Shown piece after piece: positions 19,239 to 29,176 of a stretch of DNA of 60,294 nucleotides. The notes under the pieces are model-generated. The model had not been told where the DNA came from and did not search any database. It saw only the letters and a list, made by a program, of their open reading frames with translations. How positions within the stretch are numbered: position 1 is the stretch's first letter; each line of letters opens with the position of its first letter. Made by a program: the position numbers and the translations under genes. This stretch comes from Candidatus Hydrogenedentota bacterium (lineage in GTDB: Bacteria; Hydrogenedentota; Hydrogenedentia; Hydrogenedentales; SLHB01), in assembly GCA_045863335.1 (NCBI GenBank), contig BTVY01000046.1, positions 1-60,294 of the forward strand, read 5' to 3'.

Positions 19239-19267
19239 ACCCTACTAATTCTGCGAGCCTTTGTCAA
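19239..19267 (-). promoter_or_regulatory. Sigma70 promoter for the Skp-like/TPR/secretin operon
   Basis: TTGACA-17 nt-TAGGGT on the minus strand, about 87 nt upstream of ATG 19152. Confidence 0.65.
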
Positions 19268-19663
19268 CCAATTCCCCGCGATGGCCATTTGTGCTTTCGA
19301 GGGTTAGAAATTGGAGGCTCCCCCAAAATCCCTGCGTCCCCGTTTGTCTACCAAGGAATCGGGCGTTCAAACTTTCCAGTCACTCTTCAAGGTGTATACT
19401 CACAAATACGGGAAAGTTGCACCAGTCGTTACAGAATTTCCAGCCAAATCTCAGTCCAACCTCTCACCATTGCTGGTATCCGATTGCGTCCCAGCAACGT
19501 AGACGCCCCAAGCCATGGGGGTATTCACAGCAATTTTCGGGGGGATTTATGATTGCCGCGACAGAACGCCGCGAGAGGTCTAGTTGGGATTGTACACGCC
19601 CGAGCCGGGATTCGCAATCCCGGAACTATGGCGTCAACGTGGAAGTACTTTCCCACGTTTGCT

Positions 19664-19692
19664 TTGACAGGGTACAGGCTTGCACCTACAAT
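19664..19692 (+). promoter_or_regulatory. Near-consensus sigma70 promoter for the GH42-like gene
   Basis: TTGACA-17 nt-TACAAT, 48 nt upstream of ATG 19741. Confidence 0.8.
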
Positions 19693-19740
19693 GAGCCGTC
19701 CGCAGCATTCACGTTCCCTCACGAGAAAGGACCTCGCTCG

Positions 19741-22392
19741 ATGCACCGTAGTTTGCCGATTCCACTCCTCCTTGGGGCAATATGCCTTCCGTGGTGCGCC
19801 GCCTTCCTGGCGAGAGCCCAAGGGTTACCTGCTGCCTCTGACGCAAGCAAACTGTGGGTCGAGGAGCTGGGCGCCGCCCGGACGCCTCAGGCATCCGTGG
19901 AGGCGACGGTATCCAACCAATTCCTGCTGCCCGCGACTGTGCTTTGGGATGGAACCATCATGGCAGCGGAGCCCTTCGACAAGATCGCCGCGCGCGTCGT
20001 GGTGGAAGGCGAGGATGGGGTGCCACGGTACAAGGGTGAAGTCCTTCTGGATGTCGTGATCGGCGAGAACCCCTTCTCCATCGCCTGGAATCCGGAAGGT
20101 CTTCCGGACGGGGACTACGTTGCGAGACTGACCGTCGACCGTTCCGAAGGCATGGAACTCGCTTCGCGAACGTACCGTATCCGCCGGATTACTGGCTCTC
20201 ATGTCGAGTCGCTGCTTCAGGAACTGGAGACTGATCTTCGGGAACTCGAGAGCCATGTCGCCGCGGTCGCGGGGAGTGTCGTGCCGTACGCCGGGTATCG
20301 GTTGGCGATCGTACATGACTACCTGCCCGCAGCCGCGGCCGCTTACCTGGATGGCTCCTGGCGCAGGGCTTTGGACGACTCCAGGTTTCTACAGTCTTTG
20401 CTCGACACGATTCGCGTGGACCTCAGTTTGCGGACGGCAAAAGACGAACCACTCCTGTCGCCGATCCCGGTTGTCCGAAATGTTGAGATCCGCGACGGGA
20501 TGTTCATGAGCGAAGGGCGGCCGGTCTTTCTCTTCGGCGCAACGGCTGATTACGACGAATTGGTGTCGGCGCTCCCGGCGCTTCGCCGTTACGGTTTGAA
20601 TATCGTGGAGACGCGGGTGGGTCCTGCGGACACCCTGGAGCAACGAAACGGGGCCGGTACGGTGCCACAAGCGGTCACGAGCCTCCTGGAAGGCGCGGAA
20701 GCGGCAGGGATGGGCGTGACGATCAGCCTGGCGCCGGATGCGATGGCGCCATGGGTCTATGATGCGTGGCCGGCGCTGGCGGAAGGGGGAGCCGGTACGT
20801 TTCCCTACGACGTGACGCATCCGCGGCTGGAATCGATTCTGGAGCGCCACGCGCAGACCCTCGTTCCAGCACTGTCGGGCGAGCCTTCGCTGGTCAGCCT
20901 GGCGTTGGCGGACCGCCCCGAAATGCAGTTTCTCGGCGAACCAATTCGGCGCGGCCTGATTACCTTTGCCAAGAATCAGTACGGCGACCGGGAGATCATG
21001 AACCGGGTTTGGGGAACCTTTTACCTCGACTTTGACGACGTCGTGTTGAACTGGAATCTGGATCGCCCGGCGTACCGGCACGATCTGTCGCTGTATCAAT
21101 ACCAACTGGGAACGGCTTTCCTCGAAGGCTTGAGCGATCTCGCCCGCCGGTATGCCCCGGATGCGGCCATTCAGGTTAATCAGTCTGACAGGGCATTCGA
21201 AGCGGGAGAATCCGCGTTTGGATTGAATCGGGAAAGTGTTGCGCAGTTCACGGACGTCAGCGGTTGCACGGCGATGGAATCGCTCGAACATCCGTATCTT
21301 GTTCTCGGATACCCATCGCAGAGTTTGAACTACACCCTCCATCAATCCTTGGATCAGGATGCGCCGGTATTTAATACCTGGGATTCCTTCGTCCCGGGTG
21401 AAACCGCGCCAGCGAGCGTGTTAGGTGTGGCGGCGTATGCGCTGGCCTGGGAAGGGGCAATGGCCGGACTGAATGCGTCCACCGCGCCATTGGGCAAACC
21501 GGACGGCAGTTCCCAGACGCTGCTGGGGCGGCCGCAACGGCTGGAGGGTTACGCCCGCGCCTGCTTGGACCTGAACCGTCTGGCGCCGGTGGTCACCGCG
21601 TTCCAATCTGCGGCGCCGGAAATCGGAATTCTCTGGTCGTTGTCGTCCAAAATCTTTGAGGATGGCACACCCTATCTGGAATCGGTAAAGCATGCCTATG
21701 AGGGGTGTCATACGTTCGGGTTTAAGGTCGGTTTTGTTACCGAGAAGGATATCGTCGACGGCGGGCTGAATGACGTGAAGATTCTGGTTTTGCCGGAAGC
21801 GCCCTCCGTTTCCGACGAAGCATTTGCCCTCATCGATGCGTACATCGCGGGCGGCGGCATCACGATCCGGCAAGGAAAGCCAATCTCGTACAACCCGCGG
21901 GGCTTGTCGCGCCAAGAAACGTTGTCAACGTCCGCGCGCACCATCCTGATTCGCGGAGTGGATTGGCCGACGGAGTATTTGCACGCGTTGGACGCGGCTT
22001 GCGACCTGGATGGAGCGCCTTCGGTGCCGCGCGCCACCAACGCGTCGCGATATCCTCTTGAGGGGGTGAAGACCCGCTACCTTGAGCACAACAACGAGGC
22101 GTATCTCTACGCGATTAACCTGCGGAAAGAGCCCGTAACGGTCTATCTGGCCGGCCCCTTCACACGAGGTGTCGACTTGATCGGTGGAAACGAGGTTCAT
22201 TTCCCCACGGTCATGGCGCCAGCCGAGCCGGTACTTCTGCGACTCGCTCCACCGGATGTGGTGATCGTTGCGGAAAGTGACACACCGTTGGATGCGGACC
22301 TGCCACTCGGTGTGGTTGAACCGATCCAGCAGGAGACCCCGAAAGAACAGTCCACCAGGCCTCCGGTGCGTCACCAGGAAATCAAGCGATAA
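19741..22392 (+). CDS. Exported GH42 beta-galactosidase-like protein, probably non-catalytic
   Basis: AAGGA RBS and signal peptide ending ARA; GRPVFLFG, APWVYDAWP, QYGDREIMNRVWGT; C-terminal trimerisation-like domain (IGILWS...ILVLPEA). Confidence 0.68.
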   Translation: MHRSLPIPLLLGAICLPWCAAFLARAQGLPAASDASKLWVEELGAARTPQASVEATVSNQFLLPATVLWDGTIMAAEPFDKIAARVVVEGEDGVPRYKGEVLLDVVIGENPFSIAWNPEGLPDGDYVARLTVDRSEGMELASRTYRIRRITGSHVESLLQELETDLRELESHVAAVAGSVVPYAGYRLAIVHDYLPAAAAAYLDGSWRRALDDSRFLQSLLDTIRVDLSLRTAKDEPLLSPIPVVRNVEIRDGMFMSEGRPVFLFGATADYDELVSALPALRRYGLNIVETRVGPADTLEQRNGAGTVPQAVTSLLEGAEAAGMGVTISLAPDAMAPWVYDAWPALAEGGAGTFPYDVTHPRLESILERHAQTLVPALSGEPSLVSLALADRPEMQFLGEPIRRGLITFAKNQYGDREIMNRVWGTFYLDFDDVVLNWNLDRPAYRHDLSLYQYQLGTAFLEGLSDLARRYAPDAAIQVNQSDRAFEAGESAFGLNRESVAQFTDVSGCTAMESLEHPYLVLGYPSQSLNYTLHQSLDQDAPVFNTWDSFVPGETAPASVLGVAAYALAWEGAMAGLNASTAPLGKPDGSSQTLLGRPQRLEGYARACLDLNRLAPVVTAFQSAAPEIGILWSLSSKIFEDGTPYLESVKHAYEGCHTFGFKVGFVTEKDIVDGGLNDVKILVLPEAPSVSDEAFALIDAYIAGGGITIRQGKPISYNPRGLSRQETLSTSARTILIRGVDWPTEYLHALDAACDLDGAPSVPRATNASRYPLEGVKTRYLEHNNEAYLYAINLRKEPVTVYLAGPFTRGVDLIGGNEVHFPTVMAPAEPVLLRLAPPDVVIVAESDTPLDADLPLGVVEPIQQETPKEQSTRPPVRHQEIKR

Positions 22393-22528
22393 CGGACCGC
22401 GCACATACTGGATCAAGTCCCAGGCCTGATCGCTTTTGAGCCGCTTTTGCGGGTTCTGGTATTCTCACACCAAAACCGGGTTCGCTCCGGGAATTCGCGG
22501 AGCGGGAAACCCCAATGCGGAGTACATC

Positions 22529-23062
22529 ATGTCGGTCCTGAATGTCGTTCTATATCCGGACGATCCGTTGACGAAAACGGCTGCGCCCGTGGATTCCTTT
22601 GGCCCCAACCTGGCTGAACTGGCGTCCAATATGTTTGAAACCATGTACGCCTTCGACGGCGTGGGCCTTGCCGCACCGCAAGTGGGGCTCGAGATGCGGT
22701 TGTTTGTCCTCCATGAACCGGAAGGCGAAAAGATGTGTCTCGTGAATCCCGAGATCGTAGAACGGGACGGCGAGGAATTCGGACAGGAAGGATGCCTGAG
22801 TCTGCCCGATATCTACGTGCAGGTTCCGCGCGCGAAGCGCATCGGCGTCCGGGCCCAAGACGTCTACGGGGAAGCGCTGGAGTTTGAGGCGAACGACTTT
22901 CTGGCGCGGATCATTCAGCACGAATCCGATCATCTCGACGGCGTGATTTTTCTGGACCGGGTCGATGTGCTGACGCAGAACGCCATGTTGCAGGAGTGGA
23001 AAGGAATCCGCGAGCGATTGCTGGCGACCTCCACGACCGGGAGCAGGCCCCGTGCTTTTTGA
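22529..23062 (+). CDS. def: Peptide deformylase
   Basis: GVGLAAPQ, EGCLS, QHESDH. Confidence 0.96.
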   Translation: MSVLNVVLYPDDPLTKTAAPVDSFGPNLAELASNMFETMYAFDGVGLAAPQVGLEMRLFVLHEPEGEKMCLVNPEIVERDGEEFGQEGCLSLPDIYVQVPRAKRIGVRAQDVYGEALEFEANDFLARIIQHESDHLDGVIFLDRVDVLTQNAMLQEWKGIRERLLATSTTGSRPRAF

Positions 23063-23654
23063 GTCGCCCTCGGTGGAGCGGCTGGTCGAAGCCTTCCGCC
23101 GGTTGCCCGGAGTCGGGAAGCGCTCCGCGGAGCGGTACGCGTTGCACGTGTTGAGCGCACCGCCTGAAGAAGCGCAGTTTCTGAGCGAGGCCATCCGCGA
23201 TGCGCGGGAACGGATCACGACCTGCTCGACGTGCTGCAATCTCACCGAGACCGACCCCTGCCCCATCTGCGCGCATCCCAACCGGGACAAGAGCACCATC
23301 TGCGTTGTGGAACGCCCGAGCGGGGTGATGGCCATCGAGAAAGGCGCGAGTTATCGCGGGCTCTATCATGTGTTGAATGGCGCCTTAAACCCCTTGGAAG
23401 GCGTGGGGCCGGATGAAATCACGGTGGGACGTCTGATGGCGCGGTTGAAGCAGGGCGGCGTGAGCGAGGTGATCGTGGCGACCAACGCGACCGCGGAAGG
23501 CGAAGCCACGGCCATGTACCTGTCGCGGCAGATCGGGGAACTCGGGATCATGGTCAGCCGGATCGCCCATGGCGTTCCCATGGGTAGCGGGTTGGAGTTC
23601 GCCGACGACGTCACGCTTTCGCACGCGTTGCAGGGCCGGACAAGGCTGGGGTAA
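23052..23654 (+). CDS. recR: Recombination mediator RecR
   Basis: LPGVGKRSAER HhH, C4 zinc finger, Toprim EGEATA...SRIAHGVP. Confidence 0.96.
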   Translation: MLFESPSVERLVEAFRRLPGVGKRSAERYALHVLSAPPEEAQFLSEAIRDARERITTCSTCCNLTETDPCPICAHPNRDKSTICVVERPSGVMAIEKGASYRGLYHVLNGALNPLEGVGPDEITVGRLMARLKQGGVSEVIVATNATAEGEATAMYLSRQIGELGIMVSRIAHGVPMGSGLEFADDVTLSHALQGRTRLG

Positions 23655-23667
23655 GGGAGAATCCAGG

Positions 23668-24477
23668 ATGCGGAATCTGAAACAGCTCTTCGAAAACAAC
23701 GAAGCCTGGGCGGCCCGAATGGTCGAACGGGATCCCCAGTTCTTCGAGCGGCTGTCGAAACAGCAAGCTCCGGAATACCTGTGGATCGGCTGTTCAGACA
23801 GCCGGGTGCCCGCGAATGAGATTGTGGGGCTGTTGCCGGGCGAGATGTTCGTGCATCGCAATGTGGCGAATGTGGTCGCCCACACCGATCTCAATTGCCT
23901 TGCCGTGCTTCAGTACGCGGTGGAAGCGCTGCGCGTGAAACACATCATCGTGTGCGGCCACTACGGGTGCGGCGGTGTGCAGGCCGCCGTGCGCAACGAC
24001 AAGCTGGGGCTTATTGACAACTGGCTTCGCCGGGTGCAGGAGACGCGCTCGAAGCACCACGCCGCGTTGGAAGGCGTTCGCGATGAGGCGGCGCTGTGCA
24101 ACCGCATGTGCGAACTCAACGTCATTGAGCAGGTCTACAATGTAAGCCGTACGACCATCGTCGAAGATGCATGGTTACAAGGCCAGTCGCTGACGGTCCA
24201 CGGTTGGATCTACAGCCTGAAGGACGGTCTCCTCCGCGACTTGGGGATGTGCGTTTCCGGGAAGGATGAGATTGCGAAGAGCTATGATGCGGCCGTCGAA
24301 GCCGTGGCAAAGGCTTCGCGACAAGCCACCCCAAAGGCCACCACGCAACGAGCGTCGACGGCTAAGCCATCTACGCTTCCCGAAAGCGCTCCGCCTCCAG
24401 CAACGCCACCGCCCGCGCCCATGAAGATCACATCCGAGAGCCGCGCGACACCGCCGCCCTTGCCTCGATTGAAGTAA
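23668..24477 (+). CDS. can: Beta-class carbonic anhydrase with Pro/Ala/Thr-rich C-terminal tail
   Basis: IGCSDSRV, HRNVAN, GHYGCGG. Confidence 0.94.
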   Translation: MRNLKQLFENNEAWAARMVERDPQFFERLSKQQAPEYLWIGCSDSRVPANEIVGLLPGEMFVHRNVANVVAHTDLNCLAVLQYAVEALRVKHIIVCGHYGCGGVQAAVRNDKLGLIDNWLRRVQETRSKHHAALEGVRDEAALCNRMCELNVIEQVYNVSRTTIVEDAWLQGQSLTVHGWIYSLKDGLLRDLGMCVSGKDEIAKSYDAAVEAVAKASRQATPKATTQRASTAKPSTLPESAPPPATPPPAPMKITSESRATPPPLPRLK

Positions 24478-24498
24478 TCCGTTCTCTCCGACTCATTC

Positions 24499-24585
24499 CA
24501 TGTAGCGCAGGCGTCCTCGCCTGCTTTCGGACAGGTTCAAGGCCGCCTGGATGAAGAATGCAGGCGGGGACGCCTGCGCTACATG
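24499..24585. repeat. Inverted pair of GTAG-type REP elements (REPIN-like)
   Basis: CATGTAGCGCAGGCGTCCTCGCCTGC ... GCAGGCGGGGACGCCTGCGCTACATG. Confidence 0.8.
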
Positions 24586-24660
24586 TGGCGGATGTCCGTG
24601 TTTGCGATTGCCGCGGGGAGACTGGTTTAATCATTCCGTAGCATTTGAGGGGGATTCATC

Positions 24661-26046
24661 ATGAAATTTCACTTGCGGCGTTTGTGTTGTGTGCTACTCG
24701 TTGCGGCGTGTGGCTTGAGTCTTATCGCGACGGCCCAGGAGTCGCCGGCGGAACGCGATGCGCGGATGGCTTGGTGGCGCGAGGCGCGCTTCGGCATGTT
24801 CGTCCATTGGGGGTTGTACTCCGGGCTCGCGGGCACGTGGAAGGGCGAAGCCGTCGGTGACCGCGGCGGGATGGAATGGATTCAGCAGCGGGTGAAAGCC
24901 GACACGTGGGAGTACGCCCACGAAGCGGTTCCCCACTTCCGGCCTGAAGCAGGATTCGCGGAGGATTGGGCGCAATTGGCGAAGGACGCGGGGTGCCAGT
25001 ACGTGGTGTTCACGTCCAAGCATCACGACGGGTTTGCTCTGCACGATTCTTCTGTAACCGACTACGACGCGCACGACCTCGTGGGACGCGATCTGTGCAA
25101 GGAAATCGTTGACGCCGTGCGCACGCAAGGGTTGCGCGTCGGGTTCTATCATTCCGTCATCGATTGGCACCATCCCCAGTACGACTACGACGCGGCGAGC
25201 AGTCTCCCCCATCCGCTGCATGGACAACCCTCGCCGAATGGTCCGCGCAATCACGCGATCTACCTCGAATACCTCCACCACCAGGTGCGCGAGTTGATGT
25301 CCAACTACGGGACCATCGACATCCTGTGGTGGGACTATTCGAAACCTGAGAATGAAGGGCCGTTCTGGCGCGCGGACGAACTGGTGGCTATGGTGCGGGA
25401 ACTGCAACCCGCGATCATCACCAACGATCGGCTCTATGCCATCCCGAATATCGAGAAAGACGACTCCGTTGGGCGGTTGCACCAGTGGAAACCCGAACGC
25501 GGCGACTTCACGACTCCGGAGCAGACGGTGCCGTCTACAGGCGTGCCGGGTGTGGACTGGGAAGTCTGCATGACCATGAACACGACCTGGGGCTATTCGG
25601 AACACGACCACGCGTGGAAATCGACGGAGACCCTGTTGCGCAACCTCATCGACATCGTCTCCAAGGGCGGCAACTACCTGCTCAACATTGGTCCAAAAGG
25701 CGACGGCTCCATCCCCGAGGAAAGCATCACCAGCATGCGCGCCATCGGCGATTGGTTGAAGGTCAACGGCGAGGCCATCTACGGCACCACCGCCAGCCCC
25801 TTCGAGCCTCCCGCCTGGGGACGCTACACGGCCAAGCCTGGGAAGTTGTACGTACACGTATTCGATTGGCCGGCGGATGGGATGTTGCAGATTCCACTAA
25901 CCTCCGGTCCACCCCATACTGCTTACTTGCTGGCGAACTCGAGTCGCAACGCACTGCGCGTGGATTCCTCCCAGGAAGGTATCGTCATTCATGTACCAAG
26001 CACAGCCCCGGATGCCATTGCATCCGTTATTGAGATTGAATTGTAG
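24661..26046 (+). CDS. Alpha-L-fucosidase (GH29), exported
   Basis: WWREARFGMFVHWG, SKHHDGF, ILWWD nucleophile, GGNYLLNIGP...G.WLKVNGEAIYGT. Confidence 0.93.
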   Translation: MKFHLRRLCCVLLVAACGLSLIATAQESPAERDARMAWWREARFGMFVHWGLYSGLAGTWKGEAVGDRGGMEWIQQRVKADTWEYAHEAVPHFRPEAGFAEDWAQLAKDAGCQYVVFTSKHHDGFALHDSSVTDYDAHDLVGRDLCKEIVDAVRTQGLRVGFYHSVIDWHHPQYDYDAASSLPHPLHGQPSPNGPRNHAIYLEYLHHQVRELMSNYGTIDILWWDYSKPENEGPFWRADELVAMVRELQPAIITNDRLYAIPNIEKDDSVGRLHQWKPERGDFTTPEQTVPSTGVPGVDWEVCMTMNTTWGYSEHDHAWKSTETLLRNLIDIVSKGGNYLLNIGPKGDGSIPEESITSMRAIGDWLKVNGEAIYGTTASPFEPPAWGRYTAKPGKLYVHVFDWPADGMLQIPLTSGPPHTAYLLANSSRNALRVDSSQEGIVIHVPSTAPDAIASVIEIEL

Positions 26047-26226
26047 ATGGCGCAACACGGTTTGCACGATTCGAAGGCTTCGAACCTTCGCCATCGATGC
26101 ACGTCACGCGGCGGCGTCACAATTCCGTATTGTCCTTGAAGGCTCCCGCCGCTTTGGCCAAGAATGGGGTCTACGATTGATGCGCAGGCGTTCGAAGATT
26201 TTGGAGTCGCTATCGTGCAATACGAG

Positions 26227-27522
26227 ATGAATCGCAGGGAATTCTTGGGGACGGGCACGGCCGTGGGTATCGCCGCGGCCGGACTGATGAGCGGGCAAGC
26301 CTCCGCGCAGGATGCCAAGCCGGTTCGTGTCGGTGTGATCGGCACGGGCAACCGCGGGAGCGCCCACTTGCGCTTTCTGACGCTCATGCCCGATGTGGAA
26401 GTCCCGGCCATCTGCGACATCCGTCAGGAAGCAGTCGACGCGGGGAGCAAGATCGTGACCGATTCCGGACGTCCCGCGCCGGAGACGTATACGCGCGACG
26501 AGTACGTCTATCAGGAAATGGTCACGCGCGACGACCTTGACGCGGTCATCATCGCGACGCCGTGGAACTGGCATACGCCCATGGCGGTGGACACGATGAA
26601 GGCGGGCAAGTACGCGGGGGTCGAGGTTCCGGCTGCGATGACGGTGGAGGAATGCTGGGCGCTGGTGAATACGTCGGAAGAGACCGGCGTGCCCTGCATG
26701 ATGCTGGAGAACTGGAGTTTTCGCAGAGACAATTTGGCGGTGCTGAATATGATCCGTGAGGGATTGCTCGGCGAGATTCAGCATTGCCACTGCTCGTACT
26801 CCCACGATTGCCGGTATTGGTTTTACGATCCCGAGGGCAACCCGCGATGGAGCGGCGAGTATCTGGACCAGCGCAATTGCGCGCAGTACCCAACCCACGG
26901 GGTAGGGCCGGTGCTTAGCTGGTTGGACATCAACTGCGGCGACGCCTGCGCGAGCATGGTTGCCATGGCCACAGGTTCGAAGGGAATCAATACGTATTTC
27001 AAAGAAAAGTACGGAGCCGATCATCCATCCGCAACGCATGAATTCAAGCAGGGCGATATTGTGACCTGCCTCGTGAAGACCCATATGGGCAAGACCATCG
27101 TCATCAACAACGATCTCCTGTTGCCGCGTCCGTATGACAACCGCTGGGCCGTGCAAGGCACGCGCGGCATTTACAACGAACAGCGGAATGCCGTGTTCAT
27201 CGAGGGCCGCAGCCCACAGAGCCATCAGTGGGAATCCTTCGACCCGTACCAGGAAGAGTTCGATCATGTATGGTGGAAGGAGTTGGAGGAAGCGGGCCGC
27301 AAGAGTGGTCACGACGGCACGGACTATCTGGAAGTGAAGATGTTTCTGAAAGCCGTGCGCGAGAAAACACAGACGCCCATCGACGTCTACGACTCGGCGA
27401 CGATGAGTTGCGTGGTGCCCTTATCGGGCGAATCGATCGCGAAAGGCAGCATGCCGGTAGAGTGCCCCGACTTCACGCGCGGCAAGTGGACAGAGCGAAA
27501 GCGGGCGTTCGCGGTGGTGTAG
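26227..27522 (+). CDS. Tat-exported Gfo/Idh/MocA NAD-dependent glycosidase (GH109-like)
   Basis: MNRREFL Tat motif; GVIGTGNRG; ATPWNWH; EVPAA; YPTHG. Confidence 0.85.
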   Translation: MNRREFLGTGTAVGIAAAGLMSGQASAQDAKPVRVGVIGTGNRGSAHLRFLTLMPDVEVPAICDIRQEAVDAGSKIVTDSGRPAPETYTRDEYVYQEMVTRDDLDAVIIATPWNWHTPMAVDTMKAGKYAGVEVPAAMTVEECWALVNTSEETGVPCMMLENWSFRRDNLAVLNMIREGLLGEIQHCHCSYSHDCRYWFYDPEGNPRWSGEYLDQRNCAQYPTHGVGPVLSWLDINCGDACASMVAMATGSKGINTYFKEKYGADHPSATHEFKQGDIVTCLVKTHMGKTIVINNDLLLPRPYDNRWAVQGTRGIYNEQRNAVFIEGRSPQSHQWESFDPYQEEFDHVWWKELEEAGRKSGHDGTDYLEVKMFLKAVREKTQTPIDVYDSATMSCVVPLSGESIAKGSMPVECPDFTRGKWTERKRAFAVV

Positions 27523-27527
27523 AAGAG

Positions 27528-27554
27528 ATAGGACTTATAGGACGAATAGGACCA
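27528..27554. repeat. 9-bp tandem repeat x3
   Basis: ATAGGACTT ATAGGACGA ATAGGACCA. Confidence 0.75.
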
Positions 27555-27601
27555 CTTGCGCTCTTCAACGGGCCGGGCCAGAACGATAAGGAGACGCCTC
27601 C

Positions 27602-29176
27602 GTGAATCGACGACAGTTTATGCAGGTGGCGGGTAGTGGTCTTGCCGCGGCGGCATTGCCGGGATGCGCGCATAGCGCGGCCAAGGCGGAGGCCAAAGCG
27701 AAGCGACCGAACATTCTGATCATCTTCGCCGATGATATGGGCTATTCCGATCTCGGCTGCTACGGGTCGGAAATCCGTACGCCAAATCTCAATCGCCTTG
27801 CCGATGAAGGCATGCGCTTCACGCAGTTCTACAACGTGGCGCGATGCTGTCCGTCGCGGGCATCGCTCTTGACCGGTTTGTATCCGCACCAGGCCGGCAT
27901 GGGCAAGATGGTGAGTCGTGAAGACAAGCCCGCGGAGCCGGGTCCCTACCAGGGTTATCTCAATGATCAATGCGTCACCATCGCGGAGGTGCTGCGAAGC
28001 GCCGGGTATCGTACCTACATGTCCGGCAAGTGGCATGTGGGTGAAGCGCCGGAACACTGGCCGCGTCAGCGCGGATTCGACCGCTACTTCGGGCTGATCA
28101 GCGGCGCGAGCAGTTACTGGAGCCTGGACGAAGGCCGCGCGATGGCCAAGGACGACACGCCGTTCACGCCGGAAGGCGATGATTACTATGCGACCGACGC
28201 GTTCACGGATTTCGCGGTGGAATGCCTGGAAGATCACGAGGAGCGGGATGAACCCTTCCTCATGTACCTGTCCTACACGTCGCCCCATTGGCCGCTTCAC
28301 GCGTGGCCGGAAGATATCGACCGGTATCGCGGACGCTACGACATCGGCTGGGACGAACTGCGCAAGCAGCGGTACGCCCGCCAACAGGAGATGGGCCTGA
28401 TTGATCCCGCGTGGGCGTTATCGCCGCGCGATCCCGAAGTGCCTGCCTGGGAGGACGTGGATGACAAGGAGCGCTGGTCGCTGCTTATGAGCGTCTACGC
28501 CGCGATGATCGATCGCATGGATCAGGGTATCGGGCGGGTACTGGACACGCTGCGCCGCACCGGCGCGGAAGACAACACGCTCATATTCTTCCTTGCCGAC
28601 AACGGCGGTTGTCACGAGGGTCTCGGAGGAAGACGGGATCAGAACCTGCCCGGTTCGCAACCCGGCGAGCCCGGCTCCTACGTCGCTTACGATCGTCCCT
28701 GGGCAAACGCGAGCAACACGCCGTTCCGCATGTTCAAGCACTGGATTCACGAAGGCGGCATTTCGACTCCTCTCATCGCGCGCTGGCCGGGCCAAATCGC
28801 GCCGGGCGGCATGACATCGCAACCGGGGATCATCATGGATCTCATGGCGACCTGCTGCGATGTGAGCGGGACTGCGTATCCTGCGACCTTTGAAGACCGG
28901 ACGGTTCGCCCTCTTGTCGGTAAGAGTCTCTCCCCCATTCTTCGCGGTGGTACGCGGGATCCGCACAAATGGCTCTTCTGGGAACACTTCGGCAACAAGG
29001 GCGCTCGCCATGGCGACCACAAACTCGTGGCGACCAAGGATGGCGAATGGGAACTCTACAACATGGCGGCCGACCGGACGGAACTGCACGATTTGTCCGG
29101 CGAGCAACCCGAGCGCGCGCAGGCACTCGACTCCGCCTGGAATGCTTGGGCGGCGGAAAACGGCGTTACGACGTAA
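27602..29176 (+). CDS. Tat-exported arylsulfatase (Cys-type)
   Basis: RRQFM Tat motif; DDMGYSD; CCPSRASLLTG; GKWH; DNG. Confidence 0.93.
   Translation: MNRRQFMQVAGSGLAAAALPGCAHSAAKAEAKAKRPNILIIFADDMGYSDLGCYGSEIRTPNLNRLADEGMRFTQFYNVARCCPSRASLLTGLYPHQAGMGKMVSREDKPAEPGPYQGYLNDQCVTIAEVLRSAGYRTYMSGKWHVGEAPEHWPRQRGFDRYFGLISGASSYWSLDEGRAMAKDDTPFTPEGDDYYATDAFTDFAVECLEDHEERDEPFLMYLSYTSPHWPLHAWPEDIDRYRGRYDIGWDELRKQRYARQQEMGLIDPAWALSPRDPEVPAWEDVDDKERWSLLMSVYAAMIDRMDQGIGRVLDTLRRTGAEDNTLIFFLADNGGCHEGLGGRRDQNLPGSQPGEPGSYVAYDRPWANASNTPFRMFKHWIHEGGISTPLIARWPGQIAPGGMTSQPGIIMDLMATCCDVSGTAYPATFEDRTVRPLVGKSLSPILRGGTRDPHKWLFWEHFGNKGARHGDHKLVATKDGEWELYNMAADRTELHDLSGEQPERAQALDSAWNAWAAENGVTT

Noticed and set aside
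19261-19740. 160-aa N-terminal extension of the 1043-aa ORF
   Set aside because: It spans a near-consensus promoter; the RBS and signal peptide point to ATG 19741.
27528-27554. Short periodic repeats (here and at 31181, 48659) as CRISPR arrays
   Set aside because: Units are 9 bp with no spacers, and no cas genes are present.
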